Source: Candidatus Kuenenia stuttgartensis (GTDB taxonomy: Bacteria > Planctomycetota > Brocadiia > Brocadiales > Brocadiaceae). Taken from it: DNA of 32,000 nt. Under the pieces are notes generated by a model, which saw nothing but the letters and a program-made list of their open reading frames with translations, ran no database searches and was not told the origin of the DNA. The DNA is taken from NCBI RefSeq assembly GCF_900232105.1, contig NZ_LT934425.1, forward strand, positions 1,290,001-1,322,000. Reading direction: 5' to 3'. Both the position numbers and the translations under genes were made by a program. Shown piece by piece: positions 22,161 to 30,862 of the stretch (position 1 is its first letter; every line of letters starts with the position of its first letter).

Positions 22161-22258
22161 GTAACACTTTAGTTCTGTGAAAAAAACTGCTCGTTACCAA
22201 GCTGGAGCTTGGGAATGAGCAGTTTTACGTTTTCAAAAAAACTAAAGCGGAGTGTTAC
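22161..22258. repeat. MITE/REP-like inverted-repeat element, copy A
   Basis: GTAACACTTTAGTT ... core AAAACTGCTCGTTACCAAGCT/AGCTTGGGAATGAGCAGTTTT ... AACTAAAGCGGAGTGTTAC. Confidence 0.8.
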
Positions 22259-22419
22259 CAGTAAAGATGCATCGCCGATACGGTATGCTGATATTTCATG
22301 AGTACCATCCAAAAATTTCACCATCGGGGCGCTGCAGCGCTTGCTGCAAGCAACCGCAGTTAAAACCCTGTTCTCCTTAGAAAGAGAATGTCGTTGGGTG
22401 CCTTCATTGGTTTGATCCC

Positions 22420-23274
22420 CTATTTCCGGCGATTAATTGTGTAGCCGGATAACTTGCCGATAAATGGGATTGCCAGCATACCTGTCAGTATTACACAGTG
22501 TTTTGTATCCCGGAAATTTTCGAGGCCAATGGTCATGCCTTCGTGTCCCATACGAGGCTGATCGCGGTATGTGCCCAGAAATCGATCCCACAACGGCAGG
22601 TTAAAACCGAAATTAGAGTTGGTTTCATCATAGCGTGACGAATGGTGAACCCGATGCATTTCCGGCGTTACAACAATCCAGCGCAATACACGATCTAAAC
22701 GGCTCATTATACGGACGTTGCCGTGATTGAACATGGATGTCGCATTCAGTAGCACCTCGAATAACACTACCGCGAATACAGGCACGCCTATCACCGCAAT
22801 CGCGCCAAACTTAATCAGCATGGATAGAATAATCTCAAAAGGATGAAATCGTATGCCGGTGGTGACGTCAAAATCCAAATCCGCATGGTGCATGCGGTGT
22901 ATCCTCCATAAAACAGGAATGGCATGGAATATTACATGTTGCAGGTAAATAACAAAGTCCATAGCAACCACCGATGCTATAACCGCCAAACCGTATGGCA
23001 CTGGGAAATAATGAAATAGTCCCCAACCATGTTCTCCGGCAAATACCGCCATACCCACAGCAGCCCCTGGAAATATCAGGCGTAACAGGAAGCTGTTAAG
23101 AAACACGACGCCAAGATTATTAATCCAGCGTATTAATTTTGGGATGTCAGCCCTTCGTCTGGGAGCTAAACGTTCCCACAATGCCATGATCAATAAGATC
23201 CCGAAAAAAAATTCTATTCGAATGACCATCTCGTGTTGCAAAACATATTCGCTCAAATTCATTCTTTTCTCCAC
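22420..23274 (-). CDS. Fatty acid hydroxylase/sterol desaturase superfamily membrane protein
   Basis: 284 aa; histidine clusters 'QHVIFHAIPVLWRIHRMHHAD' and 'HRVHHSS' in a multi-TM context. Confidence 0.9.
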   Translation of the reverse strand: MEKRMNLSEYVLQHEMVIRIEFFFGILLIMALWERLAPRRRADIPKLIRWINNLGVVFLNSFLLRLIFPGAAVGMAVFAGEHGWGLFHYFPVPYGLAVIASVVAMDFVIYLQHVIFHAIPVLWRIHRMHHADLDFDVTTGIRFHPFEIILSMLIKFGAIAVIGVPVFAVVLFEVLLNATSMFNHGNVRIMSRLDRVLRWIVVTPEMHRVHHSSRYDETNSNFGFNLPLWDRFLGTYRDQPRMGHEGMTIGLENFRDTKHCVILTGMLAIPFIGKLSGYTINRRK

Positions 23275-24605
23275 TGCTGAAAGCGCTTTAGCAAATCTGC
23301 CGGAGACTGCTTAAGCATTAATAACCGAAATACTGTAGACATATTCCTGATAGTTGCAATGAAAGGGCCAAGCGATTTCCAGTGGCGTGGTGACATCTTT
23401 ATCACACCGGGCGCCACTTTTGGGCGGCATATCTTTGATAGGGTGCGTGATAAAACAACATCTTCTAAAAAGGGTGTTTCTGCAAAACCGCCGCACTTAT
23501 GGAATATGTCCTTTCGAACTATAATCCCCTGATCGCCATAAGGGAGTCCTAATATCCGGCCACGCAGCCTGTTTCCCATTTCTATCAGTCGGTACCAGGG
23601 AGAGGGGTCTGTTATCCGTTGTCGGAAAAATCCCCATACAAGTCGCGTGGAAAGTAAATACGATGGTAAATTTGCCATTACTTCCGGGCCAGGCTGGCAA
23701 TCTGCATGGAGAAACCAGCACCAGCGTCCACGGGCATTACTCACGCCAAGATTCATCTGTCCGGCGCGTCCCGGTGTGCTTCTCAGCAGCCTTGCATTAA
23801 AGTCAATTGCAACGTTGTCAGAACCATCAGTTGAACCGCCGTCAACTATTATAATTTCAAACTCCCCCAGAGTATTTATGCAGGATAGCGTCGCGAGGGT
23901 TTTTCCCAGAGGATATTTGTCGTTGAGTACCGGGATAATGATGGATACCGTGGGCATTGCCTTACATGCAACCTTTTTCAAATCGTCCAGGGTATCTACG
24001 TCAATCTCCGGTCTTAACTGCGCTATTGACAGATCATTCTCATGCGCATGCCTCACGGTTTGTTCAAGTACCAGATTCGAACTCCATGCAATATTTTCAA
24101 ACAGGCATGTTTGCATCGAACGGGCGCCAATCAAAACGTATCCGCCGTCCACTGATGGTATTATTACAACGTCCGCGTGCATGAGTTGTTCGATTGCATC
24201 CTGTATCTTCTCGGCCGTCAAGTCAGGGCAGTCCGTACCCACGGCAAGAACTGTCTGGAATCCATTTTCGAATGCCCTGAGAAATGCGTATTTCAATTTC
24301 TTGCCGAGATCGCCCTGCGGTTGCAGCCATACATCGTATGAATCCTTCAGCCAGCGGGAAATCAGCCTCCGGCCTGCACCGTTTCCGTACACAATCACCT
24401 TTGCATTGCCTTGACCCTGCAAGGTGAGTAGTTCATAATGGGTTTTTTGCGCCATATAATCGTAAATACGACATGCCTTTTCGTCCCCCAGCTTTGCGGC
24501 TAATCGCGTTTTAACATGGCCGGGTTGTGGATATTTTGCAAATTCCAGGATTAATGTTGCCTTGCTATTGGTGTACATGGACTTGTTGCCTGCTATTAAC
24601 AGCAA
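23259..24605 (-). CDS. Fused DUF2064/CofC-like transferase plus family-2 glycosyltransferase (TIGR04282 + TIGR04283 type)
   Basis: N-terminal half 'VGTDCPDL...IIPSVDGGYVLIGAR'; C-terminal half 'VSIIIPVLNDKYPLGKTLATL...EIIIVDGGSTDGS...LHADCQPGPEV...PYGDQGIIVRKD'. Confidence 0.88.
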   Translation of the reverse strand: MLLIAGNKSMYTNSKATLILEFAKYPQPGHVKTRLAAKLGDEKACRIYDYMAQKTHYELLTLQGQGNAKVIVYGNGAGRRLISRWLKDSYDVWLQPQGDLGKKLKYAFLRAFENGFQTVLAVGTDCPDLTAEKIQDAIEQLMHADVVIIPSVDGGYVLIGARSMQTCLFENIAWSSNLVLEQTVRHAHENDLSIAQLRPEIDVDTLDDLKKVACKAMPTVSIIIPVLNDKYPLGKTLATLSCINTLGEFEIIIVDGGSTDGSDNVAIDFNARLLRSTPGRAGQMNLGVSNARGRWCWFLHADCQPGPEVMANLPSYLLSTRLVWGFFRQRITDPSPWYRLIEMGNRLRGRILGLPYGDQGIIVRKDIFHKCGGFAETPFLEDVVLSRTLSKICRPKVAPGVIKMSPRHWKSLGPFIATIRNMSTVFRLLMLKQSPADLLKRFQQWRKE

Positions 24606-24786
24606 TTGGTGTAACGGCCTTTTTATGTTCTTGATGTTGATGTGCTATTTTCATTTTCTGAAATTGTTTTAAAAGCATTTCGGGTCGCATGATGTTTTTA
24701 CCTTCGTGTTTTGTGCGTCGTATTTTTTGTCTCGTGCTTGTTTGGTTCTGACTATGCCGGCTTAAGCAGGGATAAAATATAAACAG

Positions 24787-25638
24787 TTATCTGAGCAGTA
24801 ACAAAGGGATATCGCTCGTACGCAGCATAGCGGTTGTATTGCTTCCGGCCAGAAACTGCCTGATACGTGAATGTCCATATGCCCCCATTACCATCAGATC
24901 AATTTGATTTTCTTTCTGATAGGTACCAAGCGCCGCCTCTACCTTGCCTTCGAGCGTCTTTTGTGTCACGTCAAAACCAGCCGAAACCAGCTTGTCAAAT
25001 GCTGATTCCAGTTGCGCTTTCCGTTCATCTGTACCACTGCATACCATAATCAGATGACAGGGCAGGCCTTTCAGCAACGGGCTTCCGGCCACCATATCAA
25101 GCGCTTTTTGGGCGGTCGGGCTGCCATCAAAGGCTATCATGAAGCAGTTTGGAGGGGAGAATTTTGATAGTACAATCAGAATAGGTTTGTGTATCGTGCG
25201 TATCACATTCTCAAGATTACTGCCAATCGGGTGAGCGGCGTTATCGTGTTCCGCACTCCGGCGTCCCATAACCAGAAGTCTCGTCTCGTCCTCAAGCTCC
25301 ATCAGGGTTTCTACAAGACTACCGTGTCGCTGAAGTGTGGAAATATCTTTTGCTCCGTCTTCTCTGACACGGCGCTCAGCGGCTTCCAGCATGTATTTTC
25401 CGTGCTCTCTCGCCAATTTACTATGCTTTTCTTCCAGCACTGTTAGTTCGTCAAGTAAATGCTCCTGGCTGCCTAGTCCGATTTTTCCGGTGAGGTCCCC
25501 CTTGATGGGATATTCTGACTTATCGAGTACATGAAGCAATTTCAAATGTGCGTTTAAGCGCTGGCTGGCCCACGCCCCGGCATCACATACTGCTGCGGAG
25601 ACGTGGAAGCGGCCAATACAGGTTATGATATTTGTCAT
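24787..25638 (-). CDS. Universal stress protein, tandem UspA domains
   Basis: 283 aa; C-terminal 'LMVMGAYGHSRIRQFLAGSNTTAMLRTSDIPLLLLR' and N-terminal degenerate copy 'LLVMGRRSAEHD'. Confidence 0.9.
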   Translation of the reverse strand: MTNIITCIGRFHVSAAVCDAGAWASQRLNAHLKLLHVLDKSEYPIKGDLTGKIGLGSQEHLLDELTVLEEKHSKLAREHGKYMLEAAERRVREDGAKDISTLQRHGSLVETLMELEDETRLLVMGRRSAEHDNAAHPIGSNLENVIRTIHKPILIVLSKFSPPNCFMIAFDGSPTAQKALDMVAGSPLLKGLPCHLIMVCSGTDERKAQLESAFDKLVSAGFDVTQKTLEGKVEAALGTYQKENQIDLMVMGAYGHSRIRQFLAGSNTTAMLRTSDIPLLLLR

Positions 25639-25649
25639 CGTTATTCTCC

Positions 25650-27140
25650 TTAGTGACCGGCAAGCAATTTCTCGACTTCTTCGGGTTTATCATGCACTCC
25701 GAATTGATCTACAATCGTGGCGCTTGCTTCATTCATGCCAATAATTTCAACATGTACTCCCTCACGTCTGAATTTAATTACAACTTTGTCCAGTGCGTAA
25801 ACTGATGTGACATCCCAAAAATGCGCTTCAGACAAATCAATGGTAACACGTTCCAGCGCTTCCTTAAAGTCAAATGAGTTGGTAAACCTATCCGCTGAAG
25901 CGTAAAATACCTGACCTATTACTTTATAAATACGCCATGGCAAAGCTTTGTTGATATGACTTTTTACCACAAAAATACGACTGATTTTGTTAGCAAAAAA
26001 CAATGACGACAATAAAACGCCGATGAGCACGCCGATAGCAAGATTATGTGTTGCAACCACCGCCGCAACCGTGGATACCATTACAATACTGGACGACAGC
26101 GGATTTTTTTTCAGGCTTCGGATAGAGCTCCATGAAAATGTCCCGATAGATACCATGATCATTACTGCCACCAGGGCGGCCATTGGGATTTGCTTTACCC
26201 ATGTTCCTGCAAAGACAACCATACTTAACAAAAACACCCCCGCCGCAAAAGCCACGAGACGCCCGCGTCCGCCCGATTTTATAGCGATAATAGACTGTCC
26301 AATCATGGCGCAACCTGCCATTCCTCCCATCAACCCTGCTCCGATATTGGCAATGCCCTGCCCCTTGCACTCCCGGTTTTTATCACTTTTTGAATCGGTT
26401 AAATCATCAACAATAGTGGCCGTCATCATAGATTCCAGCAAACCCACTACCATGAGCGCAAAGGAGTATGGGAAAATAATGGTCAGTGTCTCAAACGTCA
26501 GCGGGACTTCCGGCAATAAGAATATGGGGAGCGTATCAGGAAGCTTACCCATATCTCCAACAGTACGGACATCCAGTCCCATACCGACAGATACTGCCGT
26601 CACCGCTACAATACAAATAAGGGGAGAAGGCAGTATTTTACCCAAAACCGGTATATAAGGGAACAGATAGATAATACACAAACCGCCAGCCGCCAATGAA
26701 TATACATACCAATTAACATGCATAAGTTCAGGCAACTGCGCTATAAAAATCATAATAGCAAGGGCATTGACGAAACCCTTCACTACGGAACTTGACACAA
26801 AACGCATCAGGTTCCCTAATCTGAGAAATCCGGCGATGATTTGGAGGGCGCCCGTCAATAGCGTTGCCGCAAGAAGGTATTCCAGACCATGTTCTTTAAC
26901 CAGAGTGACCATGAGCAGCGCCATTGCACCCGTTGCCGCTGAGATCATACCGGTACGGCCGCCTGCAAAGGAAATGATCACAGAAATACAGAATGAGGCG
27001 TACAAACCCACCTTTGGGTCAACTCCGGCAATAATTGAGAATGCAATTGCCTCTGGGATAAGGGCAAGCGCTACAACAATACCGGCAAGCAGGTCACCCC
27101 GTACGTTTGAAAACCACTCTCTTTTCCAGTTTTTTAGCAT
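25650..27140 (-). CDS. SulP-family anion transporter with STAS domain
   Basis: 496 aa; '[35 protein letters not shown]', '[23 protein letters not shown]', C-terminal STAS-like '[23 protein letters not shown]'. Confidence 0.94.
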   Translation of the reverse strand: MLKNWKREWFSNVRGDLLAGIVVALALIPEAIAFSIIAGVDPKVGLYASFCISVIISFAGGRTGMISAATGAMALLMVTLVKEHGLEYLLAATLLTGALQIIAGFLRLGNLMRFVSSSVVKGFVNALAIMIFIAQLPELMHVNWYVYSLAAGGLCIIYLFPYIPVLGKILPSPLICIVAVTAVSVGMGLDVRTVGDMGKLPDTLPIFLLPEVPLTFETLTIIFPYSFALMVVGLLESMMTATIVDDLTDSKSDKNRECKGQGIANIGAGLMGGMAGCAMIGQSIIAIKSGGRGRLVAFAAGVFLLSMVVFAGTWVKQIPMAALVAVMIMVSIGTFSWSSIRSLKKNPLSSSIVMVSTVAAVVATHNLAIGVLIGVLLSSLFFANKISRIFVVKSHINKALPWRIYKVIGQVFYASADRFTNSFDFKEALERVTIDLSEAHFWDVTSVYALDKVVIKFRREGVHVEIIGMNEASATIVDQFGVHDKPEEVEKLLAGH

Positions 27141-27335
27141 GTAGAACTATTTCTCCCGTAAATGAAACATGTGACAAACCAAACACTGACGTCGCTGGAT
27201 ACGAACAAGCAAAGCGTGGCAATAAAATATTTTTTTATTATTTTGTTATAATCAGGCAGATTTACGTCTTAATCAGGACGCACGCCTCGCAGATGACGTT
27301 CAAAACGCAGTCAACATAGAAAACGGCATGCAATC

Positions 27336-27490
27336 TTTGAAGGGGAGCATTCCCGATTTTTTGTAAGTGTTCATGGAGTTGGGGCAAAACAACCCTGACA
27401 GGGTTTGAAACCCTGTCAGGGTTAACACTACTGTACGTTTTATTAAAACATGGCGGAAGTCACAAAAAATCGGGAATGCACCCCTTCAAA
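27336..27490. repeat. Large inverted-repeat element with an internal palindrome
   Basis: Arms 27336-27364 TTTGAAGGGGAGCATTCCCGATTTTTTGT and 27462-27490 ACAAAAAATCGGGAATGCACCCCTTCAAA pair at 28 of 29 positions. Confidence 0.92.
27391..27423. repeat. Perfect palindrome AACCCTGACAGGGTTT-G-AAACCCTGTCAGGGTT
   Basis: 16-bp perfect arms, 1-nt centre. Confidence 0.95.
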
Positions 27491-27633
27491 GGAAAGAGAC
27501 CAGGCATGAATGATGGCATAGGTTTCACAAGCAAAAGTATATGGTGCTTGGCACAACAAGGGCGTAAAGATAACACAAAATAAAATTAATATCAAACAAA
27601 ATTGGAGGGACACTTCCCATATCACATATACAT

Positions 27634-27666
27634 ATTCGAAAGGGGGAGTATTCCAGATTTTTTTGT
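27634..27666. repeat. Degenerate single arm related to the 27336-27364 arm
   Basis: TTCGAAAGGGGGAGTATTCCAGATTTTTTTGT resembles TTTGAAGGGGAGCATTCCCGATTTTTTGT. Confidence 0.65.
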
Positions 27667-27738
27667 GCTAAGACCCATAATCAATAAACCTGATATTCTC
27701 ACATTAAATGTCTTTTTTAAAGGCAGGGTAAATTTTGG

Positions 27739-27933
27739 TAACACTTTAGTTCTATGAAACAAAAACGCTAGTTCCCAAGCTCCGGCTTGGGAACTAGCAT
27801 TTTTGTTTTTTGAAAAATTCCAAAAATAGTGGTGTTTGCCGCATAATGTAGGGGGCGAAGCATTTGCTATAAATTGTTATAAATAAGTTCATACCCAAAC
27901 GGGCAAATGCTCCGCCCCTACTAAAGTGTTACA
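27739..27933. repeat. MITE/REP-like inverted-repeat element, copy B, probably interrupted by a second repeat
   Basis: GTAACACTTTAGTTCTATGAAACAAAAAC; core 27768-27781 GCTAGTTCCCAAGC / 27786-27799 GCTTGGGAACTAGC; far end CTAAAGTGTTAC 27922-27933. Confidence 0.8.
27849..27922. repeat. Nested inverted repeat
   Basis: GTAGGGGGCGAAGCATTTGC (27849-27868) versus GCAAATGCTCCGCCCCTAC (27904-27922). Confidence 0.85.
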
Positions 27934-28109
27934 AATAATGTGATATTTTGTACCAAATAAACTTAGACGTAGCATCTTGTAAAAAAATTCAAAGATATGG
28001 TGGATTAAGCGATAGTGAATCCACCATTCAATAGCATCATTATTGTTGGATTTAGCTTCGCAGTTGCAAGGCACGTCTTGCCACTACAATTTACATAAAA
28101 AACCCTGCC

Positions 28110-28364
28110 ATGGTTAAAATAAAAAAGAATGCTTGCGATACAGATTGGCTGGATGAAAGGGAACGGGAGGAGTATAAAGACTTAATGGTAAAAGATGACA
28201 AAGAATTAGACACACTTATCAGGGAGGCGACCTCGACAGGGAGGCCGCTAAGTCAAGGGAAAAAAGCGGGTGTAAATGAAATATGGGAAGTGGTCATTTA
28301 TTTTCCCGTAACATGTTCAGCATCAATTTACCATTGCAGTGAAAAAGCGTGTGGTGCTGTGTAA
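28110..28364 (+). pseudogene. Probable remnant of a REP-associated (Y1/RAYT-like) transposase C-terminus, or an unknown small ORF
   Basis: 'WLDEREREEYKDLMVKDDKELDTLIREATSTGRPLSQG' resembles the '..LEAIRRATRTGRPLG' C-terminal tail of RAYT proteins; the rest of the domain is absent. Confidence 0.4.
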
Positions 28365-28376
28365 TTGCCAGCACAT

Positions 28377-28415
28377 AAAAAGGAATCTGTGCGTACTTTG
28401 CACAGATTCCTTTTT
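28377..28415. terminator. Rho-independent terminator, bidirectional-looking, downstream of the HAO-like gene
   Basis: AAAAAGGAATCTGTGC-GTACTTT-GCACAGATTCCTTTTT, perfect 16-bp arms; the minus-strand gene stops at 28429. Confidence 0.93.
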
Positions 28416-28428
28416 ATTCATTAACAAA

Positions 28429-30162
28429 TCAATGTTCTCTCACAGACTTTGATTCAGAATCCTGTTTAACATCATGAGTACCAGCTTCCATGCCGAGTTC
28501 CTTGAGTTTTCTCTCAATGTACTCAACCTCTTCAGCAGGTGCATGATGTGTGTCTAACCAGCCTGGATCTGGACAAAGATCGAAGATCGTCTTGCCAGGG
28601 TGATTCTTTACGATATATGGCCCGGTCAACTGATCCAGCCATTCGCCTGTTTTCCAGAACTGCTCAGGCTGCCATGAAATACCAACCTTCTTTTCCAAAG
28701 CAGCAAGCCTTCTTGCACGTGAAGCATTCTGCTTTACGTTGACCAACCAACGATCCATACCGAATGAACCGTCTGAGTAGGTAGCATCATTCCAGGAGCC
28801 GTGCGCCATGCCCTTGTAAATGTATGTCTGGAAGTAACCAACACTTTCAAAACAAAGCCTCTCCACATCAGTAACGTTTGACATTCTAAACTCTCCGGAT
28901 TCGCCAGTCTTACCACCGTAAGCTTCTCCATCATGGTACGCGCCAATCTTCAAACTCCAGATGTGCTGACCTGACCAATCAGGACAAAGATCCTTTGGCA
29001 TGGGGTCTAGTACACCGTCAATAAGAAGATCTTCCGCTACCTTGAATGTTTCACGATACTTCAAACTAGCGTCTTTAACAGACTCGTCCATCGCCTGCAA
29101 ATTCTCGCGGGCGAATCTTGGTGAATGACAGTCGTCACAGATAGATACCCAACGGTCTCTCTTTTCCTTCCAGAGTGGTGCACCACGATCAGCCATCGAC
29201 ATACCCATACTGGTATATACGATACTTGCTCTCTGCACGTTATGATGCCCGCCCCTCATATGACAGTACTGGCAGGTAGGACCAACGTAATCAGCATCAG
29301 AAAGCTTCTTTGAGAAGTCAAACTGTTCCGTATCCCACTTGTTAACCTGATATACCGTACCATGAAGACCTATATCATAAGCTTCCCAATCCCTGTGATC
29401 TTTACCCCAGTGACAGGTCTTGCATTGCTCGGAGCGTCTTGCAACTGCCGGATCAAACTGATGCCTCTGGTGGCAAGTGCTGCACCTTTCTTCAGGGCTG
29501 GTATGGCAGAAAGTACAACCCGCTGTATCTCCGGGTGGCCTTTCAATTGACCATGCACACTCAACCTGAGCGAAACTGGAACAAGATGCGTGGGAACCAA
29601 TTCCTCCCTGCCCTTGCTCATTGTACTGCGTTTCGTGACATTCCGCTGTCCCGCAAGCCTTTGATGAAGGCATAGTTAACTTCTGATGGTTGTTGCCGTG
29701 GCAGGTATCACAACCAGTTGGTGCCGGCTCTGCCTTTGAATGAGCACTCTTATTATAATCCCTTACAATGCCGGGAGTCATAACTGAGTGACAAGCAACA
29801 CACTGCTCCAGCTTAAATGTGCCCTTAATCGGGTTTGAAGGCCTTACCTCATCCCTGTTGTACATATAATCCGGGATGTAATAACGGTACGCAGGCAATG
29901 TCTTCCAAAACTTGCTGTATTTTCCCGGGTATGGTGACCTCTGTGCATCTTTTGGGTAACCCATATATTTTGCTTTCAAACCAGAGAAAAATACCTTACC
30001 ACTATTATCAGGCTCCCCAGGCATACCATAAACTTCGTGTGGTACCCAGTGAGTGATAATTTCTACAGCCTTGGCTTCTTTCACCATAAGGCTTGAAACA
30101 GTACCTATAACGCCACAACCAATCAACGCTGATGCCAATGTAACTTTCAAAAATTTACGCAT
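28429..30162 (-). CDS. Octaheme cytochrome c of the hydroxylamine oxidoreductase (HAO) family, exported
   Basis: 577 aa; signal peptide 'MRKFLKVTLASALIGCGVIG...'; heme sites CVACH, CDTCH, CGTAECH (CX4CH), CTFCH, CSTCH, CKTCH, CQYCH, CDDCH. Confidence 0.92.
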   Translation of the reverse strand: MRKFLKVTLASALIGCGVIGTVSSLMVKEAKAVEIITHWVPHEVYGMPGEPDNSGKVFFSGLKAKYMGYPKDAQRSPYPGKYSKFWKTLPAYRYYIPDYMYNRDEVRPSNPIKGTFKLEQCVACHSVMTPGIVRDYNKSAHSKAEPAPTGCDTCHGNNHQKLTMPSSKACGTAECHETQYNEQGQGGIGSHASCSSFAQVECAWSIERPPGDTAGCTFCHTSPEERCSTCHQRHQFDPAVARRSEQCKTCHWGKDHRDWEAYDIGLHGTVYQVNKWDTEQFDFSKKLSDADYVGPTCQYCHMRGGHHNVQRASIVYTSMGMSMADRGAPLWKEKRDRWVSICDDCHSPRFARENLQAMDESVKDASLKYRETFKVAEDLLIDGVLDPMPKDLCPDWSGQHIWSLKIGAYHDGEAYGGKTGESGEFRMSNVTDVERLCFESVGYFQTYIYKGMAHGSWNDATYSDGSFGMDRWLVNVKQNASRARRLAALEKKVGISWQPEQFWKTGEWLDQLTGPYIVKNHPGKTIFDLCPDPGWLDTHHAPAEEVEYIERKLKELGMEAGTHDVKQDSESKSVREH

Positions 30163-30862
30163 GATACTTCTCCTTTACAAAAATTCCTGTGTGGAATTAA
30201 TTATCTCAACAAAAATTTTTTACAAAAAACTAATATTATCAGGCATTGCGACAATCACCCCCTTACAAAAAGAACTTACACCTTTTTAAGAAAAGACTTT
30301 CGGTATCGGAAAATAGTTAAAAAGTATCCCAGCATTTTTTACAAATTTTAAAAGATAAAAATCTTTCATTCACGAACTTAAGCATTTTATTAAAAAAAAA
30401 CATTGCGCTGGTTACACTGAACGCTATTAATACGTAAATAACAATTGGCGTTAAAAAGAAGCTGGAAATTATCAGGAATAGAAGCTTTAGTGTTCTGCAA
30501 GACGATGTCGTTGTAATCATCATATACACCCTTTCTTAATTGATTTTTACAAATAGAGTTGTCTGAAAAATTACTTAATCTGTATTTTTAAATAACAATC
30601 GTTGTGCCAATGGCATCAAAAATCCGTATATCCTTTTGTTTAGGCAAATTACGGCTTATACGATTACAAACAACGCCCTTCATGATACGTAGGTGCTTAC
30701 GATAATTCGTTATTATTTACGGGATTTAATAAACATAAATAAATTGACGTTCAAGCAAATCCAAAATATTATAATCCAATTGAAAAACCGGTATGTTTTT
30801 GGAGTATTAACGATAGTGTGGAAAATGCATTGTTTTCGGATAAATAAAGGTTTATTAAAAAT

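Noticed and set aside
25987-26658. 223-aa plus-strand ORF antisense to SulP
   Set aside because: Shadow ORF over a conserved transporter; no recognisable domain.
27551-27575. Apparent -24-like TTGGCAC sequence (gcttggcacaacaagggcg)
   Set aside because: No TTGC element at the required distance and no plausible downstream gene.
27336-27933. Possible CRISPR array in the repeat-rich gap
   Set aside because: Repeats are inverted, unevenly spaced and of several types; no regular direct-repeat/spacer pattern and no cas genes.
28110-28364. Small ORF as an intact functional gene such as an antitoxin
   Set aside because: Resembles only the tail of RAYT-type transposases, has a compositionally different C-terminus and no partner gene. 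Kept only as a low-confidence remnant.
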